A stretch of DNA of 64,000 nucleotides from Octopus sinensis (lineage: Eukaryota), in NCBI RefSeq assembly GCF_006345805.1, contig NC_043010.1:16306001-16370000 (forward strand), given 5' to 3'. The position numbers and the translations under genes were made by a program. Positions within the stretch are counted from its first letter, which is position 1, and each line of letters starts with the position of its first letter. The notes below the pieces were generated by a model. The model was not told the DNA's origin and made no database searches. It worked only from the letters and a program-made list of their open reading frames with translations. This document shows positions 39,032-50,759 of this stretch, piece by piece.

Positions 39032-40453
39032 GTAAGTCACTTTCAGTCACGCACTCTCTCTCTCTCTTTTCCCCCTCTTTCTACAGATGTGTGTGTGTGT
39101 GTGTGTCACACACACATTCGTCTTTCTGTATTTCTCCCCCTTTTGCTCTTTATCACTCTTGTTGTTTGCCTAAGCTTGTGTGCTGCACACTTTTAAGAAA
39201 TCTTGTTATTGCTTGCAGTAATAAATAAACTGATGATGTGATATTCTGAAATAGTCTCCCTTACACTAACATCGAAGGGGAACTGAACTGTACGACAAAG
39301 TGTCAAAATGAAGGGCTATTATCTGGAGTTTGACCCCCTTCGGCTTTGTCTTTTTTCACATGTAAAATTCAATAATCACCAACCAAGCCCACAGTTCATC
39401 CCCTTCTCTGCCTTACACTTCCCTGGAAACCAATGGTCAGCTTTTGCTCTCTTTTTTTCTTGTTTTCCTGTCCACTTATTGCTTAAAGTGTGGAATAAAC
39501 AGACCATATGTTTATATGGAGCTTAAATATAAGCAGACATTGGATTAAAGAAATAACAGCCAAGGCTGAGAGATAATGTGACCAGGGCAGGGGCCAATGG
39601 ATGAAAGAATAAAAAAAATTGTTGTAAAAATATATTGCAAGGACTTGGTTTTATTAATCAGATAAAGAATGTCTTTATGATTGTTGCTAAAGATATTAGG
39701 GATTGAGAGAAACAGGTCCCTCATCTTTGTCTTTATGAAATTAATATATTCTGTAGTGACTGGTAGATTAATTATACAAGTGAGGACCGGTTCATAGATA
39801 AATATTGGTTGTTTTAAACTGATTCCTCATGGCTTTGCACATATCTGTGTAATAATGTTCTCTGTTTGGCTGCAGCCAGTCCCTCTGTTGCACTGATTGT
39901 TGTAGGAAATGCTTAAAGCTGATGTTTGCTGTATTCATGAAATATTCAGACAATTGCAATCGGAAGCTCTAAAAAAAGGGTTGGTGTAAAGGAAATGCTA
40001 CGTCCTTACACAAGAGAATCGTCATCGAAGGTTCTCGACCCAAGTGTTATTTACAGCATAAATCAAACATTCAACATAGCACCTACAGCAGTGTTGTTGA
40101 TGTGGGCTTTTTTCAAATGTTAGTTGCTGTTGTTTAACAGCAGACCCGATCCTAGTCAGATATTCTACCTTTGGCCATTACATTTGTGTGTTTAACCTTT
40201 TTAATCTTGACACAAAAAGACAACTGTTAAAGCTGAACCAAACCCCTTCCATTCCAACCTATGCCTTCTTTCCCAAACCCCTGTATCAGTTCTTAGACTG
40301 GTTTCATGTTCTCCACCCCACACCAGTTTGTTTTCCGTAAGCTTTTTATTCTCGTCTTTCTTTCCTTCTGCTGCATGTTTCTCTTGTTTTTCTTTTATTA
40401 CTTTCAAAGCTGTTGCTGCTGTTTGCATGTCTTTCGTTGTTCTGTTTGTGTAG

Positions 40454-40510
40454 TGATCCAAGAGCTGCAGAGGCGCAACTTGGAGCGGTCAAAATCAGAC
40501 CGCAAGTATG
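40454..40510 (+). CDS. hts: Adducin cassette exon: VIQELQRRNLERSKSDRKY
   Basis: ttctgtttgtgtAG acceptor after a long pyrimidine tract, ATG|gtaaga donor, 57 nt, phase 1-1, open. GC-richer than the flanks. Confidence 0.82.
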
Positions 40511-41619
40511 GTAAGACTAATACTTTCTTCATTGAATATATATTCTCGCTCGCACTTTGTGACACCAAGCTTCACTAGCTTAGGATTCAGAACTTTTCTA
40601 GACCTGTTTTCCACCGATACCCAACAGACTATGCACCAAGTTTGTCAGTGACAAATCGTATAATCCACTCAATTAAAACCATTTTTAGCCTAACCTCACA
40701 CCCATCCATTTTCTCTATCTTCTTCTTCTCTCTTCGTATTTAATTTTTTTATTTCCTTTTACTTATTTTCTCTCAACACAACTTCAGTCTTTTTCAAGCA
40801 AAGGACTCTCTCTCTTCAAGTGGGTGGTGAGGAGAGTAAGGCAATTTGTTTTCAGCTGGATTTCCCTTCCAAACGGACTTTATCTCTCCTCCTGGAATTA
40901 ACAAAATACTTAGTTTGAACTACGACTGGACATCATATTAAAACTTAAGCATTAGCAAGGTGAGCTTAGAACATAGAAATATTCTTGGTTTAATCCCCTC
41001 TCCTCAGTTTTACGTAGCACCACAAAAGCAAAGATGTTGTCACTTTTGCCATCTTTTTTCACAACTGAGTTTAGTAGTGGAGTGATGGGTACATTCTCTT
41101 TAAGCAAATATTGAACATGCCTAGCTGTAAAATAGAGCTGATTACTTCCTGTAATGAACAATAGGGGATATTGCGGTGGGGTTGCTTAGACGAAGGTCAA
41201 TCCTGGGCTCTCCTAAAGATATCCAAGGACCAGGTGGTGGTGTTAAACAAGGCTGAGATTTGAACTCAGAATTCAAAAAGATTCTACGAATATTGCTAAG
41301 CCTCCAGTATAACCAAATTCAGCCACTCCACTTTTCTAAATAAGAATGATGAGCAAGGTTAGCCCCAGCAGAATTCTAACATTGTTATAAATACTGCAAA
41401 GCATTTCCCCTGGGACCCAAATGTTCTGCCACTTTGCTGCCCCATCATCATCATTTGATGCCTCCCTGTATTTTTTTTTTCCAGTTTCACAGGCATAGAT
41501 TGTCTGTATATATATGTGTGTCTGGGTGTTTGTGCATCTGTATATAAATGTGTGTTTATGCGTGTATGTCTCTATTTATGTGTATATCTGTGTTTATGTA
41601 TGTGTGTCAGATTATGTTC

Positions 41620-43495
41620 TCACCAGGAAAGAGGGACAGAACACCTATTTGTGAATGTCAAAACCTTTCTTGGTATAGAATGTATTTGCACAACACAGAT
41701 TAGTCGTTGGTGACTTCAGAATTAGAGTGAGTGGCAACATAGGGAAGGAAGATATGGAAACTAAAAGATCCCACAACTAGGAAGAAATTTAGAGAAATTC
41801 TGATGCATATGACTAAAGGGAAGAAGTTTTAGGCCCCTGTAGCATAGAAAACAACTGGGAATTTCTACAAGAATAACCTGCTTAAGGCTACAGAAGAGAA
41901 ATGTGTCTGGAGCAACAGTCCTGACCCAGCCAAAAGTCATATGGAATGCAAAGGTGGTAGGTGACAGGTGTATTTGGGCAAAGGTAAGGCAGAAAGGAAG
42001 AGATATGCACATGTCTTGCAGGGTGAGGATGACAGGCATGAAGTGTTTAGGATAGGGAAACAGAGTGTAAGAGAGAACCGAGACATGTCATAGGTGAGAA
42101 TTGGAATGATGAAGGCATACTTGCCACTGATAGGGAAAGTTGCAAGGAAGTTAAATGTGGAGAACACATGGGATGAAGAGGGGCTATCTTGAGCTGACCC
42201 TACAGAGGGGCCAACGATTCAAGTTGACAATAGATAAGGCAATTAAGAGAAGAAGAGAAGGCTGCTGTGATGTGGTGAGGTAGGGTAGAGGATTATCATG
42301 TGGACATCAAGTCATACAACAGGGAGCCACATCCAGGTGTAACAGGTGTAGCCGTATCCTTGTAAACTGCTACAAAAGCAAAGGAGATTCGTTAGAGAGA
42401 AGAAAATAATGAATTACTGGATCAGGTGATGAAGGTCACACCGAGAGTCATTGCACAATTGACTTAGGACAGGATAGGTCTCAGTTTTAGTTTTGTGCAC
42501 GGAAGCGGTGCCAGGGATGTAGTCTTCCTGGTGAGGCGACTCCAAGAGAAATATTTGGCCAAGAGCAATCCATTATTCCTGGCCTTAGTTCACCTGGAGA
42601 AGGCATTTGATTGGGTATCATGTACGATGTAATCCGGTGGTTGCTAAGGCAACAAGGCATTGATGAATGGCTTGTGAGAGCTGTGCAAGCTATGTAGAAA
42701 GAGGCATTGAGAGTCAACAGTGAATTTAGCATGAAGGTTGGAGTCCACCAAGATTCAGTTCATCATAGTCTTACAGACCATCACAGAAGAGTTTAAGCTG
42801 TCCATTGGAACTCGTACATGATGATCTAGTTTTCATAGCCAATTCCACTGTGGAAATAAAGAGAAAATTACTGGCATGGAAGCTAAACCTTGGATTGAGA
42901 GATCTTAAAGTAAACTTAGCAAAGACAGAAGTTTTAATAAAGTAGAAAAGACAGGAGAAACAGTGAAGCTCAATATACTGAGAAGGAATAACGGGAGACT
43001 TTATATGCTGTACCCAGCTGTGGACACAGAGAAAGTAGGTTTCATATGTGAATGCCTGGATGACTCACTAGAAGTAGTTGATCAGTTTTGTTACCATGTA
43101 GAAGTAATTAGCAATCAAGGAAGCTGGTTGCTTCGACATTAGAGAAGCTGGAGTGAGAATAGGTTGAAGAAAGTTCAGGGAGCCACTTCTGCAGCTGGCA
43201 ACAAAAGTTGTTTTCCATCTGAGTAAAGGGCAGATTGTATGAAGTGTGTGTGTGTTGGAACTGCAATACTGCATGGTAGGGAGACATGGGCCTTGGACAG
43301 ATAGGACTTGGGAAGGAGTGATGCTGCAAGCATGCTCTGTTGGATGTGCAAAGGTGTTGAGAGGGATTGGATGTGGTGTGGACATGCAGTGTGTATGGAT
43401 GAGGAAATTTGTGTAAGTGGGGCTGAAGTGGTGAAGGCTGACCACAAATCCCAGAGCATCATAGAAAAGATGACAAAGGACAGGGATGCCTAATT
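41620..43495 (+). mobile_element. Heavily decayed RTE-type LINE, same family as 8.1-10.0 kb
   Basis: Remnants HRLVVGDFRIR, LAL.HLEKAFD, W.LRQQGIDEWLVRAVQAM, VGVHQDS and ETWALD..RTW.RSDAASMLCWMC, with a C-terminal EVVKADH..MTKDRDA. Confidence 0.85.
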
Positions 43496-45166
43496 ATATA
43501 CAGTTCTCAAGAAAACAGACCCCACTTTGGTGACAGGCAGAAGTGGACCCCTCCTCCACCCATCATCTCTCTCTCCCTTGATGCTGCCATTTCTTTTCTT
43601 ACAACCCAGTTATTCTTTATGAATTCTTCTTCTCTCCTCATCCACTATGTCTTCCCCCCCTCACTCTCCCACTCCTGCAACCTACCCAACCACATCATCT
43701 CTCTCCTGTCCTCCTCCAACCCCACTTTCTTCTGCACCCCTTACTTTCCCTGGCTCATGCACCAATGGCCATCCATCACACCCCACATCCCCTATCTGCT
43801 ACAGCCACCCTTCCAAATGTTGCTTACTCCCCTTCCCCCATGCATTCTTGCAGGCCCCACCCACCCACTTCTAATTTGCCCCCACCTCCCCCTCATACCT
43901 TGAAGGGCCACCTGTACACCTCATCCCCAATACTGATCTTTCCCCAGTTCCTACTGATTTGTTCTCACTCTCCCTTAAATGTGAGTAGCCATGTAGCTTC
44001 TCTCTCATAAGAACTTGCTCTGTCCCTCCCCCAACCCCACTTCTCTTACACCTCACCCCTAACCCACCCGTGTGAACTGCATGGAAGCATGAGGAAGGCA
44101 CCCAGTACACTCTGCAAAGTGGTCAGTGTTTGGAAGAGCAGCCAGTTGCAGGGACCATGTCAGGGCAGATACTAGGTGCATAATGCAGTCCTTGGGCCCA
44201 TCAGAACCTGTCAAACCATCCAACCCATGCCAGCATGGTACATGGACAATGATGATGGTGATGATTATATATAGATATGTACCCATGTGATCTTTTATAC
44301 AAAGGCACAGGGGGGGGGGGTTGTCAGTTTTTCCTGTTGATGAGTTGTTTGGTCAGTTTATGGAATAAGTGATCCTTTATTCGTGTGCGAGGAAGGGTGT
44401 CCAGCTTTGAAACAATCTTTGAATAACTCATCCAAACACTAAAAGGTTTATGAATCTCTAAAGCAGGGTCCAAAAGATCCCATTATATAATAACCTTGTT
44501 TATAAGTGAACATTATTATTATTACCATATATGGTCAACGATAAATGCCTCAATAAGCCTTCTTACTCACAACACAACAACATTTGTCTTCCTCCTCTTA
44601 TTTTTATTTCATTTCTTTTTTTTTCCCTGCTTCTTCTGCTGGGTCCATTGTCGGCTATGAATGACCAGTGAACTCTCATCCAGCCAACATAGACTCTTAT
44701 ATACAACCATATTTCCAAGGGAGACTAAATTACTTGACAGAACCACAGTTCCACTGTTTATTCTTAATTTTATATTCCATTGCCTTCAGAAATGACAGTG
44801 TTGTATGTCCATTTATGTGGTGAAGAGAAATCGTTCCAGAGCTGCATGTAAATTTACACCATTACAGCACTCCTAGATTTTTTTTCAAGGATTTTCCATA
44901 TATTTTTTTCCCATTTTGCATGGCAACCTTTATAGGTTTTGTTTGTTGAATGCTTTTCTGAAGAAATTTCAGCAAAACTTTGAGAATTTTCCATTTTGAC
45001 CAATTTACCTAATTAATCCGGTTGTAAATGTAGTTGGTCAGTCTATCAATTGACCAGTTGTTACCATTTGAAATTGGTTTACCAGTTTGGGCATTGTTGC
45101 TGGTCTTATGTTTCTTTGAATGTGGTAACCTTTGCCTGAACCGTTTTATTCCTCACCTTTTAACAG

Positions 45167-45276
45167 GAGAGAAAAGAGATGAAGAGAAACCTGGGTCCCC
45201 TGCCAAGTCTGATACACTGAGATCAACAGACAGTGCTAGCGGTGGTGAAACTCTTGATGACAGGAGCAGCAAGGAG
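45167..45276 (+). CDS. hts: Adducin penultimate coding exon: GEKRDEEKPGSPAKSDTLRSTDSASGGETLDDRSSKE
   Basis: caccttttaacAG acceptor, GAG|gtgaga donor, 110 nt, phase 1-0. Confidence 0.92.
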
Positions 45277-45568
45277 GTGAGAACCATTTCCCTTCTCCAA
45301 TTATTATAACTGAAATACTATTCAATCCACTCGAGAGCTGCCCTCAACCTGATGTCTCTGTTGTTTTGGAAACCATTGTTGATTAGGAGAGTTGATTAGT
45401 TTTGTTCAGTAAAGAATTGGAACAGTGTAAGACGTTCTCTTGTGTCATTGGCAATATCTTTGTTATTCTGCATCACACATTGACCGATTGTCCATCACGT
45501 TTCATATTATACACCCTCTGTCCATTATATGCATCATATCTGTATGTTGTTTGCATTTACCATTGCAG

Positions 45569-45673
45569 GGCTCTCCAACCAAGGAAAATCCTTCACCAAC
45601 AAAGAAGGAGAAGAAGAAGAAGAAATTCCGTATTCCATCCTTCTCGAAAAAGAAGAAGGAAGCAAAGGAGTAG
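45569..45673 (+). CDS. hts: Adducin last coding exon with MARCKS-like domain: GSPTKENPSPTKKEKKKKKFRIPSFSKKKKEAKE*
   Basis: ccattgcAG acceptor, phase 0, TAG stop. Matches the vertebrate adducin KKKKKFRTPSFLKK motif. Confidence 0.97.
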   Translation, partial: GSPTKENPSPTKKEKKKKKFRIPSFSKKKKEAKE

Positions 45674-48257
45674 AACTTGCTGTTGTTTCTGTTGTTGTTG
45701 TCGTTGTCAGTATGGGTGGTGGCCAGCTGGAGTTACCACAATTTATGTGCCCTTTCTTTTGGAAGGCCAGGAGTGGCTTTCTGTCCAAATTCTGTCTGTT
45801 TGTGCCTACTTATCAGATGTTGGAGGAAGGCAAGCCATGTCCAAGCCACTCCAAACACACACATGCACACACACACACAATAATAAATATTAATTCCCAT
45901 GGAAGTCTTCTGGGAGACTTTATCTAAAAATAAGTCATACATCTATTATCTTAAGATCCAGTGCCCTGGCATTAGCATGCAGCCCTCATTGATCAGCATT
46001 TCTGCATTTTAAACAACCAATTCAATCTGCCCCCAACCCTTTTTGTGTGTGTGTGTGTGTGGCAGATGACATCCCTTTAGCTAAACATCCAAATTATAAC
46101 TGGCTCAAAGCATTATTCTCCTCTACATCTTTGTTACTATTTCCTATCATAGATTTACAACTTTCCTACATTTACATGCATACGTCAAATATACATACAT
46201 ACATACAAACACGCATATGCATACACACACACACACACACACACAACTTTGATCCTCTGCAAATGAAATATGAGCATTTTCTTTTATTTTCCCTTATGTT
46301 GATATTTTCTATAAAGACATTCTTCAAAAAAATTATGGAACAACTTGTTTTGAATCTTGGTTTCTCCTGTTTATATCTTGTTTGGCTTTGTTTTTGTTTA
46401 AAAGAAAGAAAAGAGTGAAGCCACACCCTGTGCACCTATCCAGGGGCAAAACTGACATTGCAGATACGTTTCCCTGTGTTTTCATTGCCTGAACATTGAA
46501 GACAGAGAAAATAGCAACAATGTTAATGTACCTCGAACAAATTGACAGTTACAACACGTACAAAGCTTTCTTTCTTTACTGTTTAACTTTTATTATTATT
46601 ATTATTATTATTTCTCACCCCATTTTCGATACGTTTTGTGTCATTTTTCTGTTTTATTATTTTGTTGTTAAGGGGAGAGACCTGTCCCAGCTGGCCACTG
46701 ACACACAAGCATACACAACAAATGCGTTGTGATGCAGAGACACCCTCAATACATGTATTCAACACGACAACTTCACTGCGATGCAATGTCTGTCTATCTT
46801 TCTCTAATCTGTGTGTGTGTGTGTGTGCGTGCATGTATGTATGCGTGTGTGTGTGTATATATATATATATATACACATATATATATATATATATATATAA
46901 ATCTATGATGCAATTAACAGCTATGCTATTGAAATTTTTATTTTTATGTCTCTTTATACTGTTTATGCGCAAGCTAAAAGATTAGTAGCATTGAAAGCAC
47001 GCACGCACACACAGTGTCTGTGTGTGTGTGAGTTTATATACATGCATGTGTGTGTGTGTGTGTATATATATATACATATATACCTACATATATAGATATA
47101 TGCATGCATATATAGATATATATGCATGCATATATAGATATATATGAATGCATATATAGATATATATATATGAATGCATGTATATATATATATATATGCA
47201 TACATACATGTGTGTATATATATATTACACACACATATATATATAAACTCTGTGTGTGGGTGGGGTTAACTAAAACTGCCATGCTAAGAATTGTAATGTA
47301 AAATGGTCTGGAAAGAAATGTTTGGTCTGAGTTATGGCAGAAAGATGAAGTGGTTAGTTTCTCATTTTCTTTCTCATGCTCAATGTTTGAGGCTGGAGAG
47401 AAACTTTTGCATTTTATTTTCTCTCTTTATTCTTCATGGAATTATTACAACACTTGGCTACTTTTCCTTGTGTTATTTACTTTTATTATTATTATTATTA
47501 TTATTATCGAATGGTACATTCATTATACATCCAGATATATAACTCCCTTACACATAGCTGTCAACACACACACATGTATATATATTTTATATATGAATGT
47601 GTGTGTGTGTTTATTATAATAATATAGTTGAATAATGGTGCTCTGCCTCGAATTAATCTTTCTTTAATGTCACACTTTCATTTCTCTTTATCATTCCTCA
47701 TGCTTTCACAATGAGGTAATTAATTAAGGCATTAGTTAGTGTCCCAAATAAATTTAAATGAATATTAAATAGATGTTAAAAGAGAATTTTTTTTTTTTGT
47801 TCTTAACCAAGGAATATAGGTTTGTGTTATTTTATGTATATATACATATGTGTATATACATATACACACATATTTGTGTATATTTATATATATCTATGCA
47901 CATACACACAGACATATATATATACACCCTTTCGGTCCAATCATTTCAACTTGACCACTGCCACCCTTCAACTCAGTAAGCACCTCTTCATGTTCCTTAC
48001 CATATTTCTATTCCTCAACCTTTCTCTCTCTCTACCCCTCCCCCCTTTTCTGATGCTCTGTTTTAGTGAAGGTCTAATATGGTTTCTCTGGTGACATTTC
48101 TGTAACTTCCTTCCACAGTCTTTGGGCTTTCTTTCCTGCTAGATCTGTAACCTTCAGCTGCTTGCTTCTTTCCTTCTATGTCTGCCATACACATGATGAT
48201 TATAATGATGCTTTCTGCAACAGAACTGACATTATTGTACCAAACTTCAAGAATAAA
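45674..48257 (+). other. Probable adducin 3' UTR (end uncertain)
   Basis: Follows the stop codon and is rich in microsatellites. AATAAA at 47747, 48252 and 49146. Confidence 0.5.
47020..47240. repeat. Compound TG/TA microsatellite with a ~22-24-bp minisatellite (tgcatgcatatatagatatata)
   Basis: About four degenerate units are visible at 47090-47190. Confidence 0.85.
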
Positions 48258-49559
48258 GGTTATATTATGATTCATTTTTGTTTTTTTTTTATATATATGT
48301 ATGTATATTTTTTTCTCTCCTATTTTATTTTGAATTCTCTCTCCTGTGCATTATGACACTGTTGCTAGCCATTCCCTGCAGCTGTTTGCTAACACTGCAT
48401 CTTACTAATTCTTTATGATGGAAGCTAACCATTTCCTTCAGTTTCAAGAAAATTTCACCTGATTGACTTCAGGTGTCTTTTATGGTAAGATTGGTTTCTC
48501 AGGGTGAAACGTGCTACAGGAAATTGTCCAAACATGGATCTGATGTCTTTGGTTAGAAGGGCTGCAGTATTTGTAGTGACCCTATTTTTATGACCACCTT
48601 CCACCTTGCTCGTTGAGAACTGCTCCGCTCTGTCGGTGCTTACTCTACATTTTAGTTCTCACCTTGTCTAAACGAAAAGAAAATTCAAACAGGTGAATTA
48701 AGGGAGACAACTACGACTGGCTCAGAATTGAACTAAGCATCCACACTAATTGCCATAATTTTAGTAAGAGACTGTTGTCTGGTTTAAGAGTTAAGCATGG
48801 TCCCCGTAGTTTTAGCCCGACCCTTCACCCCACCATACACACAGACCTGAGTGTATGTGTTTTGTCGGCCATTCTGTTTAAGAGAGAGCAAACCAAGAGT
48901 ATATAATTTCATAGAATAAGCCACTTCCTTTCCTGACAGTGCTTTCATTTAGTTAGGGAAAGAATTAAATTCAATACAGCTTTATATTTTTTTCATTCCT
49001 TCTCTTTCCCTCCCCCCCCACTTCTCAAATTATTTTTTTAAACCCCACTTGTCAACTGAATTGCCTCCATTTTAATCTGATTTCTTTTCTTTTTTTTTTT
49101 TTTTCCAATTCCTTTTTCTGAACATTACAGAATGTAAAAGAAAATAATAAAGAAGATTGCTTCAATTCTTTCTTTACTTCACTTTTGATTTATTTGTTTC
49201 AAGTTGTTTTATTTTTATTGATTCCTAAAATATTTCTCATTTTTGGCTGTTTCTGTCATCCGTCCGTTTACAATGTCCACTTGTCTGTGACATCCACCTG
49301 TCTATATGATGATATCCACCCGTCTACAATGTCCATTTGCCGTGTTCGTCTCTCTCTCTCTCTCAAATTATAAACTACTGAAAAACTTGTTTTTTAAAAT
49401 CAAATTATTGTTTTTGTTATATATTTTCTTGGTGGCATGGCCATTGCACTGGCAGAATGGTCAGCTGGCCAGGCAAGATGCTTTGCAGCATTTCTTCTGG
49501 GTTCAAGACCTGCAAACTCTGGCCTTCCTAGGGCACCCTCTTTGAAGAATTTTTAGTCA

Positions 49560-49833
49560 AATGGATTGACTCCAGTCAAACCTGGTCCCTATTTTATTGG
49601 TCTTTTGCCAAACCACTAAGCTACGGGGATGTAAACACACCAACACTAGTTGTCAAGTGGTGGTGATGGGGGACAAACAGACACACAAAGACTCACATAT
49701 GTGACAGGCTTCTTTCAGTTCCTGTCTACCAAATCCCAAGGGTATAGCAGGAGACACTTGCCCAAATTTGCCACTCAGAGGAACTGAACCCAGAGTCATG
49801 TGATTGGGGAAGCAAGCTTCTTACCACACAACC
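49560..49833 (-). mobile_element. SINE family A, decayed
   Basis: The reverse complement matches 4485-4908 (GGTAAGAAGCTTGC..GGGCAAGTGTCTCC..ACTGAAAGAAGCCTGTC). Confidence 0.8.
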
Positions 49834-49948
49834 AACTTTTATCCTTTCGGGGTCAATAGAGGAGTCCCGTGCTTGATGAAGTTAACTGTCCCCTGCCTCT
49901 CCAAAATTCCTGGCCTTGTGCCATAATTTGGAACCATTATTATTTATA

Positions 49949-50180
49949 GAGCAGCGAGGTGGCAAAATCGTTAGCATTGCTGGGTGAATTGCTTAACAGT
50001 ATTTTGCCCATCACTACATTCTGAGTTCAAATTCTGCCAAGGTCAACTTTGCCTTTCATCCTTTCAGGGTCAATAAATTAAGTACCAGTGAAACTCTGGA
50101 GTTGATGTAATCGACTAGTCCCCTCCCCCAAAATTTCAGGCCTTGCGACTTCAGTAGAAAGGGTTATTATTATTATTATT
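49949..50180 (+). mobile_element. SINE family B, near full length, (ATT)n tail
   Basis: GGTGGCAAAATCGTTAG head, GAGTTCAAATTC B-box-like segment and ATT tail; multiple copies in the window. Confidence 0.85.
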
Positions 50181-50759
50181 GAGTTGGTGTGTTGGTGAAA
50201 AGCAACAATAGGCATTCAGTTTGAACTGTCTGAAATTCTGAGCTGAAACCCTGCCACAGTCAATTCTACCATTTGTGCCACTGGGGACTTAGAAAGTACC
50301 AGTCATATACTGGGATCAATAAATCAATCTAAACTTTTTTCTGTCAACTAACACTATCTTCTAATGGTCCAAAGACTGCTTCTCTGTTCTATGTTGAAAT
50401 CCAACTAAAGTTTCACCAACATCAATAACCTATCAGTTATTTTCTGAAGTCAACTTGAAGCCTTGAGAGAGAGATTTATTCTTGGTCCAAGTTTGAATTA
50501 GAGATCACAGAGAATCCTCGATGCTCCAGAAGAACCAATTCTCACAACTGTTTCTTCTACATTCCTAATATTTTTGGCAACAATTTACTCCAATTTTCTC
50601 TAAAACTGAACCAACATCCCTGCTTTTCCAAATTTTGTTCAGTTCTAACTCCACCCTGATCTAATGAAACTATTGGACATTTCAACTATAGCCATTCTAA
50701 CTCGAATTATTCAGAAAGCTGAAAAAGTGCAACGCTACAGATTATGCTAATCTCATACT

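Noticed and set aside
39230-39255. CTGATGA...GAAA hammerhead-like core (also CTGATGA near 2375 and 2487)
   Set aside because: Stem II and the flanking stems do not pair.
2826-47979. Many ORFs rich in HTHT, YIYI or CVCV (e.g. 2826-3174, 4432-4731, 21340-22035, 46047-47979)
   Set aside because: They are translations of (CA)n, (TA)n and (TG)n microsatellites, with no protein signal.
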